Shown here piece by piece: positions 36,653-46,763 of a stretch of DNA of 64,000 nt (positions are counted from its first letter, which is position 1; every line of letters starts with the position of its first letter). This stretch comes from Candidatus Hydrogenedentota bacterium (GTDB taxonomy: Bacteria > Hydrogenedentota > Hydrogenedentia > Hydrogenedentales > SLHB01), in NCBI GenBank assembly GCA_029974275.1, contig JARKSN010000276.1, positions 2,721 through 66,720 of the forward strand, written 5' to 3'. Below the pieces are notes generated by a model. The model saw nothing but the letters and a program-made list of their open reading frames with translations. It was not told where the DNA came from and did no database searches. A program made the position numbers and the translations under genes.

Positions 36653-37636
36653 TCACTTCAAGAATTCAATATAGGGCCCGAGATAGGGCTTGCCATAAAT
36701 GACACCCAAACAGATGAGGCCCCAAATCGCGATGTTCGCCAAAAAGGGCTTATCCATCACCACCGCGCGGCTAGGGCTGCCGCCTTCGTTCAGGTGGTAC
36801 GAAAGATAGAGATAGCGAAACAGCCCATACATGACCGACGGCACGCTCAAGATCAACATGCGCGTGTTGAACACGTGAACCGTGCGAGCATCGACGGTGT
36901 ACAAAATGTAGCAGACCAAGGTGGTGCTCGTGACGATGGCGATCATCTGATCCAAAAACGCCGGACTGTAGTGTTCCAGCACCCGCCGGTGGGTGACGGC
37001 TCCGTCGGCCAAGGAGATCAATTCGGAACGTCGTTTGACGAACCCCAGGAACAGGGAGATGTTCAACGTGCACAACAGCAGCCAATAAGAAGGCTCGGTG
37101 AAGGTCGCGAAGGCTCCGGCCAAAATGCGCAACAAAAACCCAACAGCGATGAACATCACGTCCATGATAACCCAATGCTTGATGTTCCGCGAGTACAAGA
37201 CGTTGGCGACGATATAGCCCGCAATCACCAGGGCCGCCAAGAGGTTGGTGAAAAAAAACGCAACGCCTATCGAGCCGGCAATCAGAACCGCCATCCAAGC
37301 AACGGCGAGTTTCGGCTCGACGCGCCCCGCAGGAAGAGGACGCCTGCGTTTTTGGGGATGATTCCGATCCCGTTCGAGATCGAACAAGTCGTTAACAATA
37401 TAGACGGCGCTCGAGGCGAGACAAAACGCGACAAAAGCCGCCGACGCTTGCCCAAACCTTTCGGGGACGAACAGTTCCTTGCCAAAAACAGGCGCGGCAA
37501 ATACGAAGGCGTTCTTCGTCCACTGATGCCACCGCATCAACTGGAAGAGCAAGCGAATCTGTCTGAGAAACATGCGTACGTCCACTGCTTGCCCCATCTT
37601 GGCGTCTAGATCGGCGCGGCTCCGTCTGCTGTCCAT
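36653..37636 (-). CDS. UbiA-family decaprenyl-phosphate 5-phosphoribosyltransferase-like enzyme (polyprenyl-phosphate pentose synthase)
   Basis: LMRWHQWTKNAFVFAAPVF and the NDLFDLERDRNHPQKRRRPLPAGRV Asp-rich motif match the Rv3806c/DPPR-synthase subfamily of UbiA prenyltransferases. There are about 8 TM helices. The start is uncertain: ATGs lie at 37636, 37597 and 37573. Confidence 0.82.
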   Translation of the reverse strand: MDSRRSRADLDAKMGQAVDVRMFLRQIRLLFQLMRWHQWTKNAFVFAAPVFGKELFVPERFGQASAAFVAFCLASSAVYIVNDLFDLERDRNHPQKRRRPLPAGRVEPKLAVAWMAVLIAGSIGVAFFFTNLLAALVIAGYIVANVLYSRNIKHWVIMDVMFIAVGFLLRILAGAFATFTEPSYWLLLCTLNISLFLGFVKRRSELISLADGAVTHRRVLEHYSPAFLDQMIAIVTSTTLVCYILYTVDARTVHVFNTRMLILSVPSVMYGLFRYLYLSYHLNEGGSPSRAVVMDKPFLANIAIWGLICLGVIYGKPYLGPYIEFLK

Positions 37637-37691
37637 TTGCCCTATCGAGGGGCATATGGTACACCATCGTAAGGGGAAAGGGAAACTGGAT

Positions 37692-38432
37692 ATGGCAGAC
37701 AGCCTTGATACGGAATCTCCGCGAGCGACAATGCGTTCCGCGTTGGCGGCTGTGGTTCCATGCTATAACGCCGGCGGCCGGGTGCGGCCCGTGCTGGAAC
37801 GACTTGCCGCCTTTCTCGACCACGTCATTGTCGTGGACGACGGAGGCACGGACGGCCTTCCGGCGCGCCTGGAAGGGCTCCAGCTACAGGTGGCGACGTT
37901 CGCGCAGAACCGAGGCAAAGGCCATGCCCTGCTCGAGGGCTTCCGGTTAGCGCGGGCAATTCCTGGCGTAGAGGCAGTGGCAACGCTTGACAGCGACGGC
38001 CAACACGATCCGCGCGAACTGCCGTCGCTGTACGAAATGTTTCTTCGCGAACGAGCCGACCTACTCATCGGATCGCGGACGTTCGACGAACGGCACGTTC
38101 CGCTGCGTAGCCGCCTCGGCAACAAATTCACGATCGCCATGACCGGCCTGATCATCGGGCGCCGCCTGCCCGACACCCAGTCTGGCTACCGCATCCACTC
38201 GATCCGGCTCGTTGACCGCATTCTCGACGATGTAACGCCGGGACGATACGAGACGGAAATGGAGATTCTCGTGCTGGCGGTGAAACAGGGATTCGCCACG
38301 ATCGCGGCGCCTATTCAGACAATTTACGAACCGGGCAATACGAGTTCGCATTTCGACGCGTTGCGGGATTCAGCCCGCATCTGCAAAACGCTTTTGCGCG
38401 CTTCGATGCGGTTTCAGCGCCCCTCAACGTAG
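37692..38432 (+). CDS. family 2 glycosyltransferase (polyprenol-phosphate glycosyltransferase-like)
   Basis: AAVVPCYNAGGRV and VIVVDDGGTDG (DxD region), LDSDGQHDP, and RLPDTQSGYRIHS. It is divergent from the UbiA-like gene. Confidence 0.85.
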   Translation: MADSLDTESPRATMRSALAAVVPCYNAGGRVRPVLERLAAFLDHVIVVDDGGTDGLPARLEGLQLQVATFAQNRGKGHALLEGFRLARAIPGVEAVATLDSDGQHDPRELPSLYEMFLRERADLLIGSRTFDERHVPLRSRLGNKFTIAMTGLIIGRRLPDTQSGYRIHSIRLVDRILDDVTPGRYETEMEILVLAVKQGFATIAAPIQTIYEPGNTSSHFDALRDSARICKTLLRASMRFQRPST

Positions 38433-38490
38433 CCCCCGAAACCGCTGTCCCTGTCGGGCGGCGATCGTTTCCACCCAGAAAAGAGGGCCG

Positions 38491-39747
38491 CTACGGGGCC
38501 GCGCCGGGATCGACCGTGGGAATGAAATCGACGCAGAGAATATACTTGCATCTGTCCGCCGCGCGGAAAGTCGTCGAGATGGTGCGGCACAACACGCCCG
38601 ACACGACCGAAATATACGGCTCCGTGACGTAACGCGCCAAACCGGTCTTCAACAAAAACACATAATCCTTGTACGAATGGTCCACGCCGCGGTCAGCCGC
38701 CTCGAAAATGAAACAACGCGGATCGCGACGGTCACGAGGACTCATAACGGTGCGGGTCACCTGAATGCCGTTTTCGTCCAAGGCGTAAATGCTGTCGATC
38801 TGCTTGTGTTGCGACACAATATCGTTGAGGTAGACGTCGAAATCCGACCCGGCGGCGTTGGCGAGAACGCACAAAATGCCGTTGACAATCGCGTCGTAAT
38901 GCTGGGCCTCGGCCTGCTTCTGGCCAATCTTCTTCACCAGGTATTCCCGGAACGTTCCGCCCAAATGGATGGTTTGCTCCTTGGCCAACTGGATGGCGTT
39001 GTCGTTGATGGATGTCGGATGCCCCAGGAAAAATCCCTGAAGAATGTCGGCATTGATATCGAGACAGAAAAGGGCCTCCTGCTCGGTTTCCACGCCTTCC
39101 CCGACCGCCAACGCGCCGATCTGATGGGCGAGGTTGACAAGGGAACGGAACACCTCCTGCTTGTGATAGAGCCGGTCTATCTCCGCCACGAGCGACCGGT
39201 CTATCTTGAGCAAATCAGGCTTGAGCACCGCAACGCGCTCGAGATTGGAATGACCGGAACCAATATCGTCAAGGGCGATCAGAAATCCGCTTCGCCGGCA
39301 AACCTCCACGAATTGGATCAAGGCGTTCATGTCATGAACCGACGATTCGCGAATTTCCAAAACGATATTGGCGGGATTGAGGTCGAAACGATTCACTTCC
39401 GTCACCAGCCTGGCGGCCCCGGCGATCCCGTCGTCGATAATCTGGGTATCGAAATTCACGAACAGCGTGGAGTCAAGATGCCCTTGGAAATGACGGGCAT
39501 AGGTTTCAAGGGCCCGGGCGCGGCAGTGTTCATCCCACTCGGCCGACTGGCCCTTGCGAGCCGCATAATCGAACAATTGCATTGGGGGCACGGGATCGCC
39601 CGTGACCGGATGATACGGACGCAACAAGGCCTCAAAACCGACGATCCGCCCCTGCTTGGCAGAACAAATGGGCTGGTAGTGCGTTTCCAGCAAATCCTGC
39701 TGGATAATGGCCTCGATTACGTCATCGTCCAGAGGCTTATACGGCAT
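38491..39747 (-). CDS. EAL-domain cyclic-di-GMP phosphodiesterase with uncharacterised C-terminal sensor-like domain
   Basis: YQPICS...IVGFEALLRP, VNF, EIRE, ALDDIGSGHSNLERVAVLKPDLLKID and EGVETEQE are the EAL catalytic signature residues. The last ~170 aa are unassigned. Confidence 0.85.
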   Translation of the reverse strand: MPYKPLDDDVIEAIIQQDLLETHYQPICSAKQGRIVGFEALLRPYHPVTGDPVPPMQLFDYAARKGQSAEWDEHCRARALETYARHFQGHLDSTLFVNFDTQIIDDGIAGAARLVTEVNRFDLNPANIVLEIRESSVHDMNALIQFVEVCRRSGFLIALDDIGSGHSNLERVAVLKPDLLKIDRSLVAEIDRLYHKQEVFRSLVNLAHQIGALAVGEGVETEQEALFCLDINADILQGFFLGHPTSINDNAIQLAKEQTIHLGGTFREYLVKKIGQKQAEAQHYDAIVNGILCVLANAAGSDFDVYLNDIVSQHKQIDSIYALDENGIQVTRTVMSPRDRRDPRCFIFEAADRGVDHSYKDYVFLLKTGLARYVTEPYISVVSGVLCRTISTTFRAADRCKYILCVDFIPTVDPGAAP

Positions 39748-39934
39748 AATATCCCCGCTCCGCGCTTATACGACCCTTCGCAACGCCCCCTACACTCCTG
39801 CTGACGAAGTAGAGTTTAGCACTAGTGCCCACCCGATTTCATATCGAAAAGAAAGGAAGAGAACGGGCGACGCCGCGCAAAAGCGCAAAAGGCGATTTGC
39901 AGGACGATGCGATCTTCACCTACTCTGATAGCCT

Positions 39935-40687
39935 ATGCAGAAACACGAGGAATGCGAAGTGCATGAAACGCCATCCCGACCGACGCAAACGCCGCCGCGC
40001 GACACGTCATGGCGAATGTTTGACACAATCGCCGGCCGGTACGACGCGCTGAATCGTCTGCTGTCATTTCGGCGCGACGTGGCGTGGCGGCGCATGCTGG
40101 CAAACCTGTTGCCGCCCGGCGATCATTTGCGCACGCTCGATCTCGCCACCGGCACCGCGGACGTCTTGCTGGCCCTGAAACGCTTCAATCCGCGCGTCGC
40201 GTCCGGCGTGGGCGTCGATATGTCGCGCAACATGCTCCGCCATGCCAAGGACAAGATCGCCGCACGGGGCTTGTCCGACGCGTTACGCCTTGTTCGCAGC
40301 AACGGCGTATGCATGGGCCTCGCAGACGCCTCGTTCGACGCGGTCACTATCTCCTTCGGCATCCGCAACATGCCGGACGCGCTCGCGACGCTCCACGAGA
40401 TTCGCCGTGTGCTGCGGCCCGGCGGACGCGCCTTGATCCTCGAATTCGCGTTGCCAAAGAGCAACGTCATGCGCGCACTGCACCTGTTCTACCTGCGCCA
40501 CGCTCTCCCGCATATCGGGGGGCTGGTTTCGGGCAATTTCGCTGCGTACCGATATCTCAACACGACCATCGAAACCTTTCCGTACGGCGAAGAATTCTGC
40601 GCGCTCATGCGCGAGGCGGGCTTCCGCAGCGTTGTCGCGCACACGCTGACGTTCGGCGCGGCGAATCTCTACCAGGGGGACGCATGA
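39935..40687 (+). CDS. ubiE: demethylmenaquinone / ubiquinone C-methyltransferase
   Basis: FDTIAGRYDALNRLLSFRRDVAWRR, LDLATGTADV (SAM motif I), FGIRNMPD and LRPGGRALILEF. The stop overlaps the menF start (ATGA). Confidence 0.9.
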   Translation: MQKHEECEVHETPSRPTQTPPRDTSWRMFDTIAGRYDALNRLLSFRRDVAWRRMLANLLPPGDHLRTLDLATGTADVLLALKRFNPRVASGVGVDMSRNMLRHAKDKIAARGLSDALRLVRSNGVCMGLADASFDAVTISFGIRNMPDALATLHEIRRVLRPGGRALILEFALPKSNVMRALHLFYLRHALPHIGGLVSGNFAAYRYLNTTIETFPYGEEFCALMREAGFRSVVAHTLTFGAANLYQGDA

Positions 40688-42108
40688 CCGGTCACCCAGA
40701 GATGCGCCCGTCACCGGAAGCCTATGCACAGGCCCTTCTCGCCCCCGAGCAGGTAAGGCCCGTATTGGCGGCTCTCATCGAGCAAACGTTGGATGGCCTT
40801 GAAGCGCGTGGCACAGCGCACGCATGGCGCATCGAGGCTCCGGTGCAACCGATCGATCCCGTGGAATGGCTCGCCGCGCAGGAGGCGCCGGTCAAGGTCT
40901 ACTGGGCCGATCGCGCCGGACGTTTTCGCGTCGCAGGCGTGCATGCCGCGGATCGCATGGCGTGCGCCCATGCCGACGAGACCGCAGATATCTTCCGCCG
41001 CATCGCAACACGCGTCGCCTCCGGTCACCCCAATCTGCGATATTTCGGCGGCCTTCGCTTCTCCGATCAGGGGCAACGCGACGCCACGTGGGAACCATTC
41101 GGCTATGCGTCATTCGTGCTGCCGCGATTCGAGTTGTTGACCCACGGCGACCAGTCCTATCTTGCCTGCAATCTTTTCATCGATCGCGACACATCGCCCG
41201 AAACCCTCCTCGACGAGACCCTGGCCGCGCTCGATGCATTGTCGTTCTCGCCCGCGCCATGGCCCGCATCGAACATTCGCATTCTCGCGCGCGGCGATGC
41301 GCCGGATTCCTCGCTCTGGAACGAAGCCGTTGCGCACACGCTTCGGCGCATCCGCAAAAACGACGCGGCCAAAGTCGTATTGGCGCGCGCGACGCGCTTC
41401 TCCTTCGATGCCCCGCCGCACCCCTTGGCGTTCATGGCGCGGCTTACGGCGCTGCCGTCGCGCGCATACCGCTTCCTCTATCAGCCCCAGCCGGGCGTTG
41501 CGTTTCTGGGCGCTTCCCCGGAACGGCTGTATTCGCGACACATGCGGCATATCGAGAGCGAAGCGGTCGCGGGAACGCGTCCTCGCGGCGCCACGCCAGA
41601 AACCGACGGCGCATTGGGCGAAGCGCTGCGCGCCAGCGACAAGGAACAGCGCGAGCATGCCTTCGTCGCAAAAGCCGTCCATGCCGCGCTGCAATCGTTA
41701 TGTTCGGCGGTGCATTCCGATGCCGCGCCGACAGTGCTGCATCTGCCCAATTGCCAGCACCTGTATCGCCGGTTCGAAGGTTTCCTCGACACCCGCGACG
41801 ACGAAGCCATCCTGCGCGCGTTGCATCCCACCCCCGCGGTCGGCGGCGCGCCCACCGACCGGGCCTGCGCGATCATTGCGGAAGTGGAACCCTTCGACCG
41901 GGGGTGGTACGCTGGCCCAGTTGGATACATCGGATGTGACAACGCCGAATTTGCCGTGGCGATCCGGTCCGGTCTCGTCGAAAACGACACGGTAACGCTG
42001 TTTACCGGCGCGGGCATTGTCGAAGGATCGGACGCCCATGCGGAGTGGGACGAATTGGAGAACAAAATGGGCGCGTTTCGAAGCGCGTTGGAAGACCATG
42101 CCGACTGA
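40684..42108 (+). CDS. menF: isochorismate synthase
   Basis: AVAGTRPRG, LHPTPAVGGAP, RGWYAGPVGY and AIRSGL. The first 200 codons of the listed ORF 40084..42108 run out of frame across ubiE and are Arg-rich, so the start is set at ATG 40684. Confidence 0.9.
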   Translation: MTGHPEMRPSPEAYAQALLAPEQVRPVLAALIEQTLDGLEARGTAHAWRIEAPVQPIDPVEWLAAQEAPVKVYWADRAGRFRVAGVHAADRMACAHADETADIFRRIATRVASGHPNLRYFGGLRFSDQGQRDATWEPFGYASFVLPRFELLTHGDQSYLACNLFIDRDTSPETLLDETLAALDALSFSPAPWPASNIRILARGDAPDSSLWNEAVAHTLRRIRKNDAAKVVLARATRFSFDAPPHPLAFMARLTALPSRAYRFLYQPQPGVAFLGASPERLYSRHMRHIESEAVAGTRPRGATPETDGALGEALRASDKEQREHAFVAKAVHAALQSLCSAVHSDAAPTVLHLPNCQHLYRRFEGFLDTRDDEAILRALHPTPAVGGAPTDRACAIIAEVEPFDRGWYAGPVGYIGCDNAEFAVAIRSGLVENDTVTLFTGAGIVEGSDAHAEWDELENKMGAFRSALEDHAD

Positions 42109-43840
42109 AGCGGGAATGTGGAACCTTGCATGGGCGGAGTGGTTGATTGAGGAACTCGTCCGTCAGGGCGTGGGGGCTTTCTTTATCTCGCCGGGATCGC
42201 GATCGGCCCCCCTGACGGCCGCGGCGGCGCGCAATCCACGCGCGCGGACATTCGTCCACTTCGACGAACGCGGCGCCGGCTTCGCGGCAGTCGGCTTTGC
42301 CAAGGCCGCGGGACGTCCCGCAGCCCTCATCGGCACATCGGGCACGGCGGCGGCAAACTACTTTCCCGCCATCGTTGAAGCGTCCCAGTCCCACACGCCC
42401 CTCCTGATCATCACGGCCGATCGTCCGTCGGAACTGATCGACGCCGGAGCAAACCAAACGATCGACCAAACACGGCTGTACGGCGCATACCCGCGGTGGC
42501 GCGCCGATATGCCATGTCCCTCACCGGACGTTCCTGCGGAATATGTGTTAACGACCGCCGCGCAAGCCGTCTACCGCGCCACGCGCCCTCCCGCCGGGCC
42601 CGTGCATCTGAACTGCCGGTTCCGCGAACCGCTGTTGCCGGACACGCCCCTGTCTACTCCCGCTTCCCTCGAAACCTGGGCATCACAGGGGCTGCCCTAC
42701 ACGCACTACCCTGCGGCGCCGCAGCACCCCTCGGACGCAGCGCTGGATGCACTGCAATCGGCAATTGCCCCCGCGCGACGCGGACTGCTCATCGTGGGCG
42801 CGTTGAACTCCCGCTCCGAACGCGATGCCGTGCGCGAAGTGGCGCAAGCGCTGAACTGGCCCACCTTCGCCGATAGTACGTCGGGACTACGCCTCGGCAA
42901 CCCCCAGCCTCCGTTTGTTCCTCAGTATCCGCTGCTTCTCGCCGGCGATTTCTTGTCGCGCGCCCCCAAGCCGGATGTCGTCGTGCATATCGGCGGCCCG
43001 ATCACGGCGAAACGCCTTCAAACCTACTTGCGAGACGCGCACCCGCCAATCCACGTGCGAGTGGCGGCGCATCCAAACCGCGTCGATCCCGATCACGGCA
43101 TTACCCTGCGCGTCGAAGCAGGCATCGAGCACACCTGCCAAGCAATGGGGCGAATGCCGATCGCATCCCCGGACATGGATTGGGCTACGTCGATTTTCGC
43201 GGCCGCCGCGCAGATAGAACGCTGCGTGGACGAATGCTTCGCACAAAACCATTCGCTCAGCGAGCCCGCCGTGGCTCGCCTCCTCTCGCGGCATCTCGCG
43301 GAAGACGCCGCCCTCTTCCTCGGAAATAGCATGCCGATTCGCGATATGGACACGTTTGCCTCGCCGCACGGCGCGGAGGTCCCCGTCTTTGCCAACCGGG
43401 GCGCGAGCGGCATCGACGGCAACGTCTGCACGGCGGCGGGCATCGCGCTGGGGTTGGGGCGCCCCGTCACCGCCGTGATGGGCGATCTCGCGTTGCTGCA
43501 CGACATCAACGGCTTGGCCCTGCTGAAGCAAACCCCGGTCGTGCTGGTCGTGCTGAACAACAACGGCGGCGGCATCTTCCATTTCCTGCCCGTTGCGAAA
43601 CACGCCGACATCTTCGAGCCGTTCTTTGTCGCCCCGCACGGCCTGCGCTTCGAGCACGCAGCCCGAATGTTCGGCATCGAGTATGCCGCGCCCACGGACG
43701 CGACGCAGTTTGCCCAAGCCTACGCCCACGCGATCCAGAAGCGAGTTGGCGCCATCATAGAGGTGCAAACGATCGCCGCCGAGAACCTGCGGACGCACAC
43801 GGCGCTGGAGGGGAGCGTCCGCCGCGCCGGAAAAGAATGA
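42098..43840 (+). CDS. menD: 2-succinyl-5-enolpyruvyl-6-hydroxy-3-cyclohexene-1-carboxylate (SEPHCHC) synthase
   Basis: ISPGSRSAPLT, GTSGTAAANYFPAIVEA, LIITADRP and the ThDP motif NRGASGIDG....VLNNNGGGIF. The start overlaps the menF end by 11 nt. Confidence 0.93.
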   Translation: MPTEAGMWNLAWAEWLIEELVRQGVGAFFISPGSRSAPLTAAAARNPRARTFVHFDERGAGFAAVGFAKAAGRPAALIGTSGTAAANYFPAIVEASQSHTPLLIITADRPSELIDAGANQTIDQTRLYGAYPRWRADMPCPSPDVPAEYVLTTAAQAVYRATRPPAGPVHLNCRFREPLLPDTPLSTPASLETWASQGLPYTHYPAAPQHPSDAALDALQSAIAPARRGLLIVGALNSRSERDAVREVAQALNWPTFADSTSGLRLGNPQPPFVPQYPLLLAGDFLSRAPKPDVVVHIGGPITAKRLQTYLRDAHPPIHVRVAAHPNRVDPDHGITLRVEAGIEHTCQAMGRMPIASPDMDWATSIFAAAAQIERCVDECFAQNHSLSEPAVARLLSRHLAEDAALFLGNSMPIRDMDTFASPHGAEVPVFANRGASGIDGNVCTAAGIALGLGRPVTAVMGDLALLHDINGLALLKQTPVVLVVLNNNGGGIFHFLPVAKHADIFEPFFVAPHGLRFEHAARMFGIEYAAPTDATQFAQAYAHAIQKRVGAIIEVQTIAAENLRTHTALEGSVRRAGKE

Positions 43841-44739
43841 CGCCGATGTCCAAAGCGCTGCCGTTATTCTTCAAGGAATATGGAAATCCGAAACATCCCG
43901 CCGTCATGTTGCTGCACGGTTTTCTGGGAAACGCCAACGATTGGATCTCTGTCGCAGAACGCTTCGCGGACGCGTTCCATGTCGTCACGCCCGATCTGCC
44001 CGGGCATGGAAGGTCCCTGCTGAACGATCCGGACGCGATCTACGATATCCCGCTCACCGCAACATCCCTCTTACGACTGCTCACTGCGCTCGACATCCAC
44101 CGCTGCGCCGTGGTCGGATATTCGATGGGCGGACGGCTGGCGCTCTACATGGCCATCACGCACCCGAACCGCATACGCGCCGCCGTCATCGAATCCGGCA
44201 CGCCCGGCATTGCTTCGGAAAGCGAACGCGCCGCGCGCCGCGCCCACGATGCGGCCCTCGCCCTGGAGTTCGAGAAGGAAAGCCTTGCCGAAGTCCTCAC
44301 GCGCTGGTACGCCCGGCCGCTGTTCGACTCGCTCCGACGTCACCCGCGTTTCGAGGAACTGCTCCAAACACGCTTGACCAACGATCGGTTGGAGGCGGCG
44401 CGAGCGCTGGTCAATCTCGGCGCAGGAAGCCAGCCCAATCTCTGGCCCTCCCTGCCCGAGCATACCGTCCCCACGCTGATGCTCGTTGGCGAGCACGACG
44501 CTCGTTACATCGACATCGCGCGCGCCATGACAGCGCAATCGCCCGCAATCCGCATGGAAATTGCGTCCGGCGCCGGACATAACATACACTTCGAAGTTCC
44601 CGAGGCGTTTGTGCAAAGCGTCCGCGCATTTCTCGAAAATGTATTGCGGGATCGCCCAGCGCAGCCCCGTCTTTCGCGATACAATGGCATGTCTGACGGA
44701 ACCTCGGGATCCTTAACCTGTAAAAGGAACCAACGATGA
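43837..44739 (+). CDS. menH: SHCHC synthase (alpha/beta hydrolase)
   Basis: [23 protein letters not shown] (nucleophile elbow) and GAGHNIHFE. The operon position is between menD and menB. ATGA overlaps occur at both ends. Confidence 0.82.
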   Translation: MTPMSKALPLFFKEYGNPKHPAVMLLHGFLGNANDWISVAERFADAFHVVTPDLPGHGRSLLNDPDAIYDIPLTATSLLRLLTALDIHRCAVVGYSMGGRLALYMAITHPNRIRAAVIESGTPGIASESERAARRAHDAALALEFEKESLAEVLTRWYARPLFDSLRRHPRFEELLQTRLTNDRLEAARALVNLGAGSQPNLWPSLPEHTVPTLMLVGEHDARYIDIARAMTAQSPAIRMEIASGAGHNIHFEVPEAFVQSVRAFLENVLRDRPAQPRLSRYNGMSDGTSGSLTCKRNQR

Positions 44740-45560
44740 TTTCAATGCCATGGACCCCTGCGGGCCCTTCTTACGCCGACATCCGCTACGAAAAAGCCGA
44801 GGGCATCGCAAAAATCACCCTCAACCGCCCGGAGGTCCGCAACGCCTTCCGTCCGCAAACCATCGACGAGATCATGCACGCACTCAACGATGCACGATTC
44901 GATGGCGCCATCGGCGTCATCATCCTGACCGGCGAGGGCAAGGAAGCTTTCTGCTCCGGGGGCGATCAACGGATACGCGGGGACGCAGGCTACCGCGACG
45001 ACGCGGGCGTCCATCGCCTCAACGTGCTCGACCTGCAACGGCAGATGCGCACCTGTCCAAAGCCGATCATCGCAATGGTCGCGGGCTACGCAATCGGCGG
45101 CGGCCACGTGCTGCACCTCATGGCCGACCTCACCATCGCCGCCGACAACGCGGTTTTCGGCCAAACCGGCCCGCGCGTCGGCTCCTTCGACGGCGGCTTT
45201 GGCGCGTCCTACATGGCGCGGGTCGTCGGTCAAAAGAAGGCGCGCGAGATATGGTTTCTCTGCCGCAAGTACGACGCACAACAAGCGCTCGACATGGGAT
45301 TGATCAACACCGTCGTGCCCTACGATCGCCTCGAAGAAGAAACGCTGCAATGGTGCCGCGAAATCCTGGCCAACTCGCCCATGGCGATCCGCTGCCTCAA
45401 AGCCGCGCTCAACGCCGATTGCGACGGACAAGCCGGCCTTCAGGAACTCGCCGGAAACGCCACCATGCTATTTTACATGACCGAAGAAGGCCAAGAGGGC
45501 CGCAACGCCTTCCTCGAAAAGCGCCCGCCGGATTTCTCGAAATTCACGCGAAACCCTTGA
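44736..45560 (+). CDS. menB: 1,4-dihydroxy-2-naphthoyl-CoA synthase
   Basis: The crotonase fold is marked by [46 protein letters not shown] and [17 protein letters not shown]. Confidence 0.95.
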   Translation: MISMPWTPAGPSYADIRYEKAEGIAKITLNRPEVRNAFRPQTIDEIMHALNDARFDGAIGVIILTGEGKEAFCSGGDQRIRGDAGYRDDAGVHRLNVLDLQRQMRTCPKPIIAMVAGYAIGGGHVLHLMADLTIAADNAVFGQTGPRVGSFDGGFGASYMARVVGQKKAREIWFLCRKYDAQQALDMGLINTVVPYDRLEEETLQWCREILANSPMAIRCLKAALNADCDGQAGLQELAGNATMLFYMTEEGQEGRNAFLEKRPPDFSKFTRNP

Positions 45561-45942
45561 CGCGAGTCCCAAACCCATTCACGCCCCACGAGTGCAAGCC
45601 CAAACAAGCAACTCACCTGCTTTCCTATTCACATGATATCTTCACATCCCTGCCGCACCACGCACATAGCAATTCGTCAACATTTTGTCAAACGCGCCAT
45701 ACATCCGCAACAACAATCCGTCAAAACAACACACATTAAATTCGCAACCCCCCCGCACAACAATGAATTACATAATGCCGTCATGTCGGCATGAATATTG
45801 CTTGCTTTATCGCGGCTGCGGCGATGCCACTCCCGAAGTGCTGAACCAAGCAAGGGAGGGCGATGCTTCCAATGAAACGATTCCAATGAATGGAACGCTT
45901 ACGGCGTGGATGATGCTTGGCTGAAGCGCAAGAAGATAGGAA

Positions 45943-46683
45943 ATGTTTGGAAAAACAAGGACGACCGTTCACGCCCTTGCCTTGGTTTTGCTATTGACTG
46001 TTTGCAGCGGACATGCGTTTGGCTTGCTGTTTACAGGGACAAGCGGAAATCTGGCGGCTTCGGTCGAATTCGAATTGGTGGCAGGCAACCTGCAAGTCAC
46101 GCTGACCAATACGTCCATGGCCGACGTCCTGGTTCCATCGGATGTGCTGACCGGCGTTTTCTTCACGCTGGCCGGCGATCCTGCCTTGACATCGCTTTCC
46201 GCCGTCCTGACGGCAGGCAGCACCGTGTTTTTCGGAGGGACAGACCCCGGAAACGTGGTGGGCGGCGAATGGGCCTATGCATCAGGCCTGAACGGGGCGC
46301 CTCGGGGCGCGAACCAAGGCATTAGCAGTTCCGGACTAGGCCTGTTTGGCGCGGCCACCTTTCCGGGATCGAATCTGCAAGGGCCCGTTGCGGTCAACGG
46401 CATGCAGTATGGCCTTGTCTCGCTGGGAGATAACCCGGCTACGGGCAATGCTCCGGTGACGGGATCCAACGCCTTCATTCACAACTCGGCCGTGTTCACG
46501 CTGGGCAATTTGCCCACGGACTTTTCACTGCACGATATTTCCAACGTGAGTTTCCAATATGGAACCTCATTGACCGAACCCAATTTCCCTGGAGATACGC
46601 CGGTGGTGCCGGAACCCGCCACCTTTGTGTTGCTGGGCATAGGCATCGCGGCCTTTGCCACACGGCGCACGAGAAAAACATAA
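45943..46683 (+). CDS. PEP-CTERM sorting-domain surface protein
   Basis: The signal peptide is MFGKTRTTVHALALVLLLTVCSGHAFG. The C-terminal VPEPATFVLLGIGIAAFATRRTRKT has the PEP motif, a TM helix and a basic tail. Confidence 0.85.
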   Translation: MFGKTRTTVHALALVLLLTVCSGHAFGLLFTGTSGNLAASVEFELVAGNLQVTLTNTSMADVLVPSDVLTGVFFTLAGDPALTSLSAVLTAGSTVFFGGTDPGNVVGGEWAYASGLNGAPRGANQGISSSGLGLFGAATFPGSNLQGPVAVNGMQYGLVSLGDNPATGNAPVTGSNAFIHNSAVFTLGNLPTDFSLHDISNVSFQYGTSLTEPNFPGDTPVVPEPATFVLLGIGIAAFATRRTRKT

Positions 46684-46720
46684 CAGCGGCTACTTCTCTA
46701 TCCTTAACTCCCTGGACTTT

Positions 46721-46758
46721 CGCCAACGGATGACCATGCCGTTGGCGAATGATCTTTT
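46721..46758 (+). terminator. candidate intrinsic terminator between convergent genes
   Basis: There is a perfect 9-bp stem, CGCCAACGG (46721..46729) with CCGTTGGCG (46739..46747), and a 9-nt loop. It is followed by AATGATCTTTT. Confidence 0.5.
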
Positions 46759-46763
46759 CGCGA

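Noticed and set aside
40084-40683. N-terminal 200 codons of the listed 674-aa ORF 40084..42108, which would make a giant MenF.
   Set aside because: This part runs out of frame through ubiE and is Arg-rich nonsense. An ATG at 40684 overlaps the ubiE stop (ATGA) and gives a normal-length isochorismate synthase.
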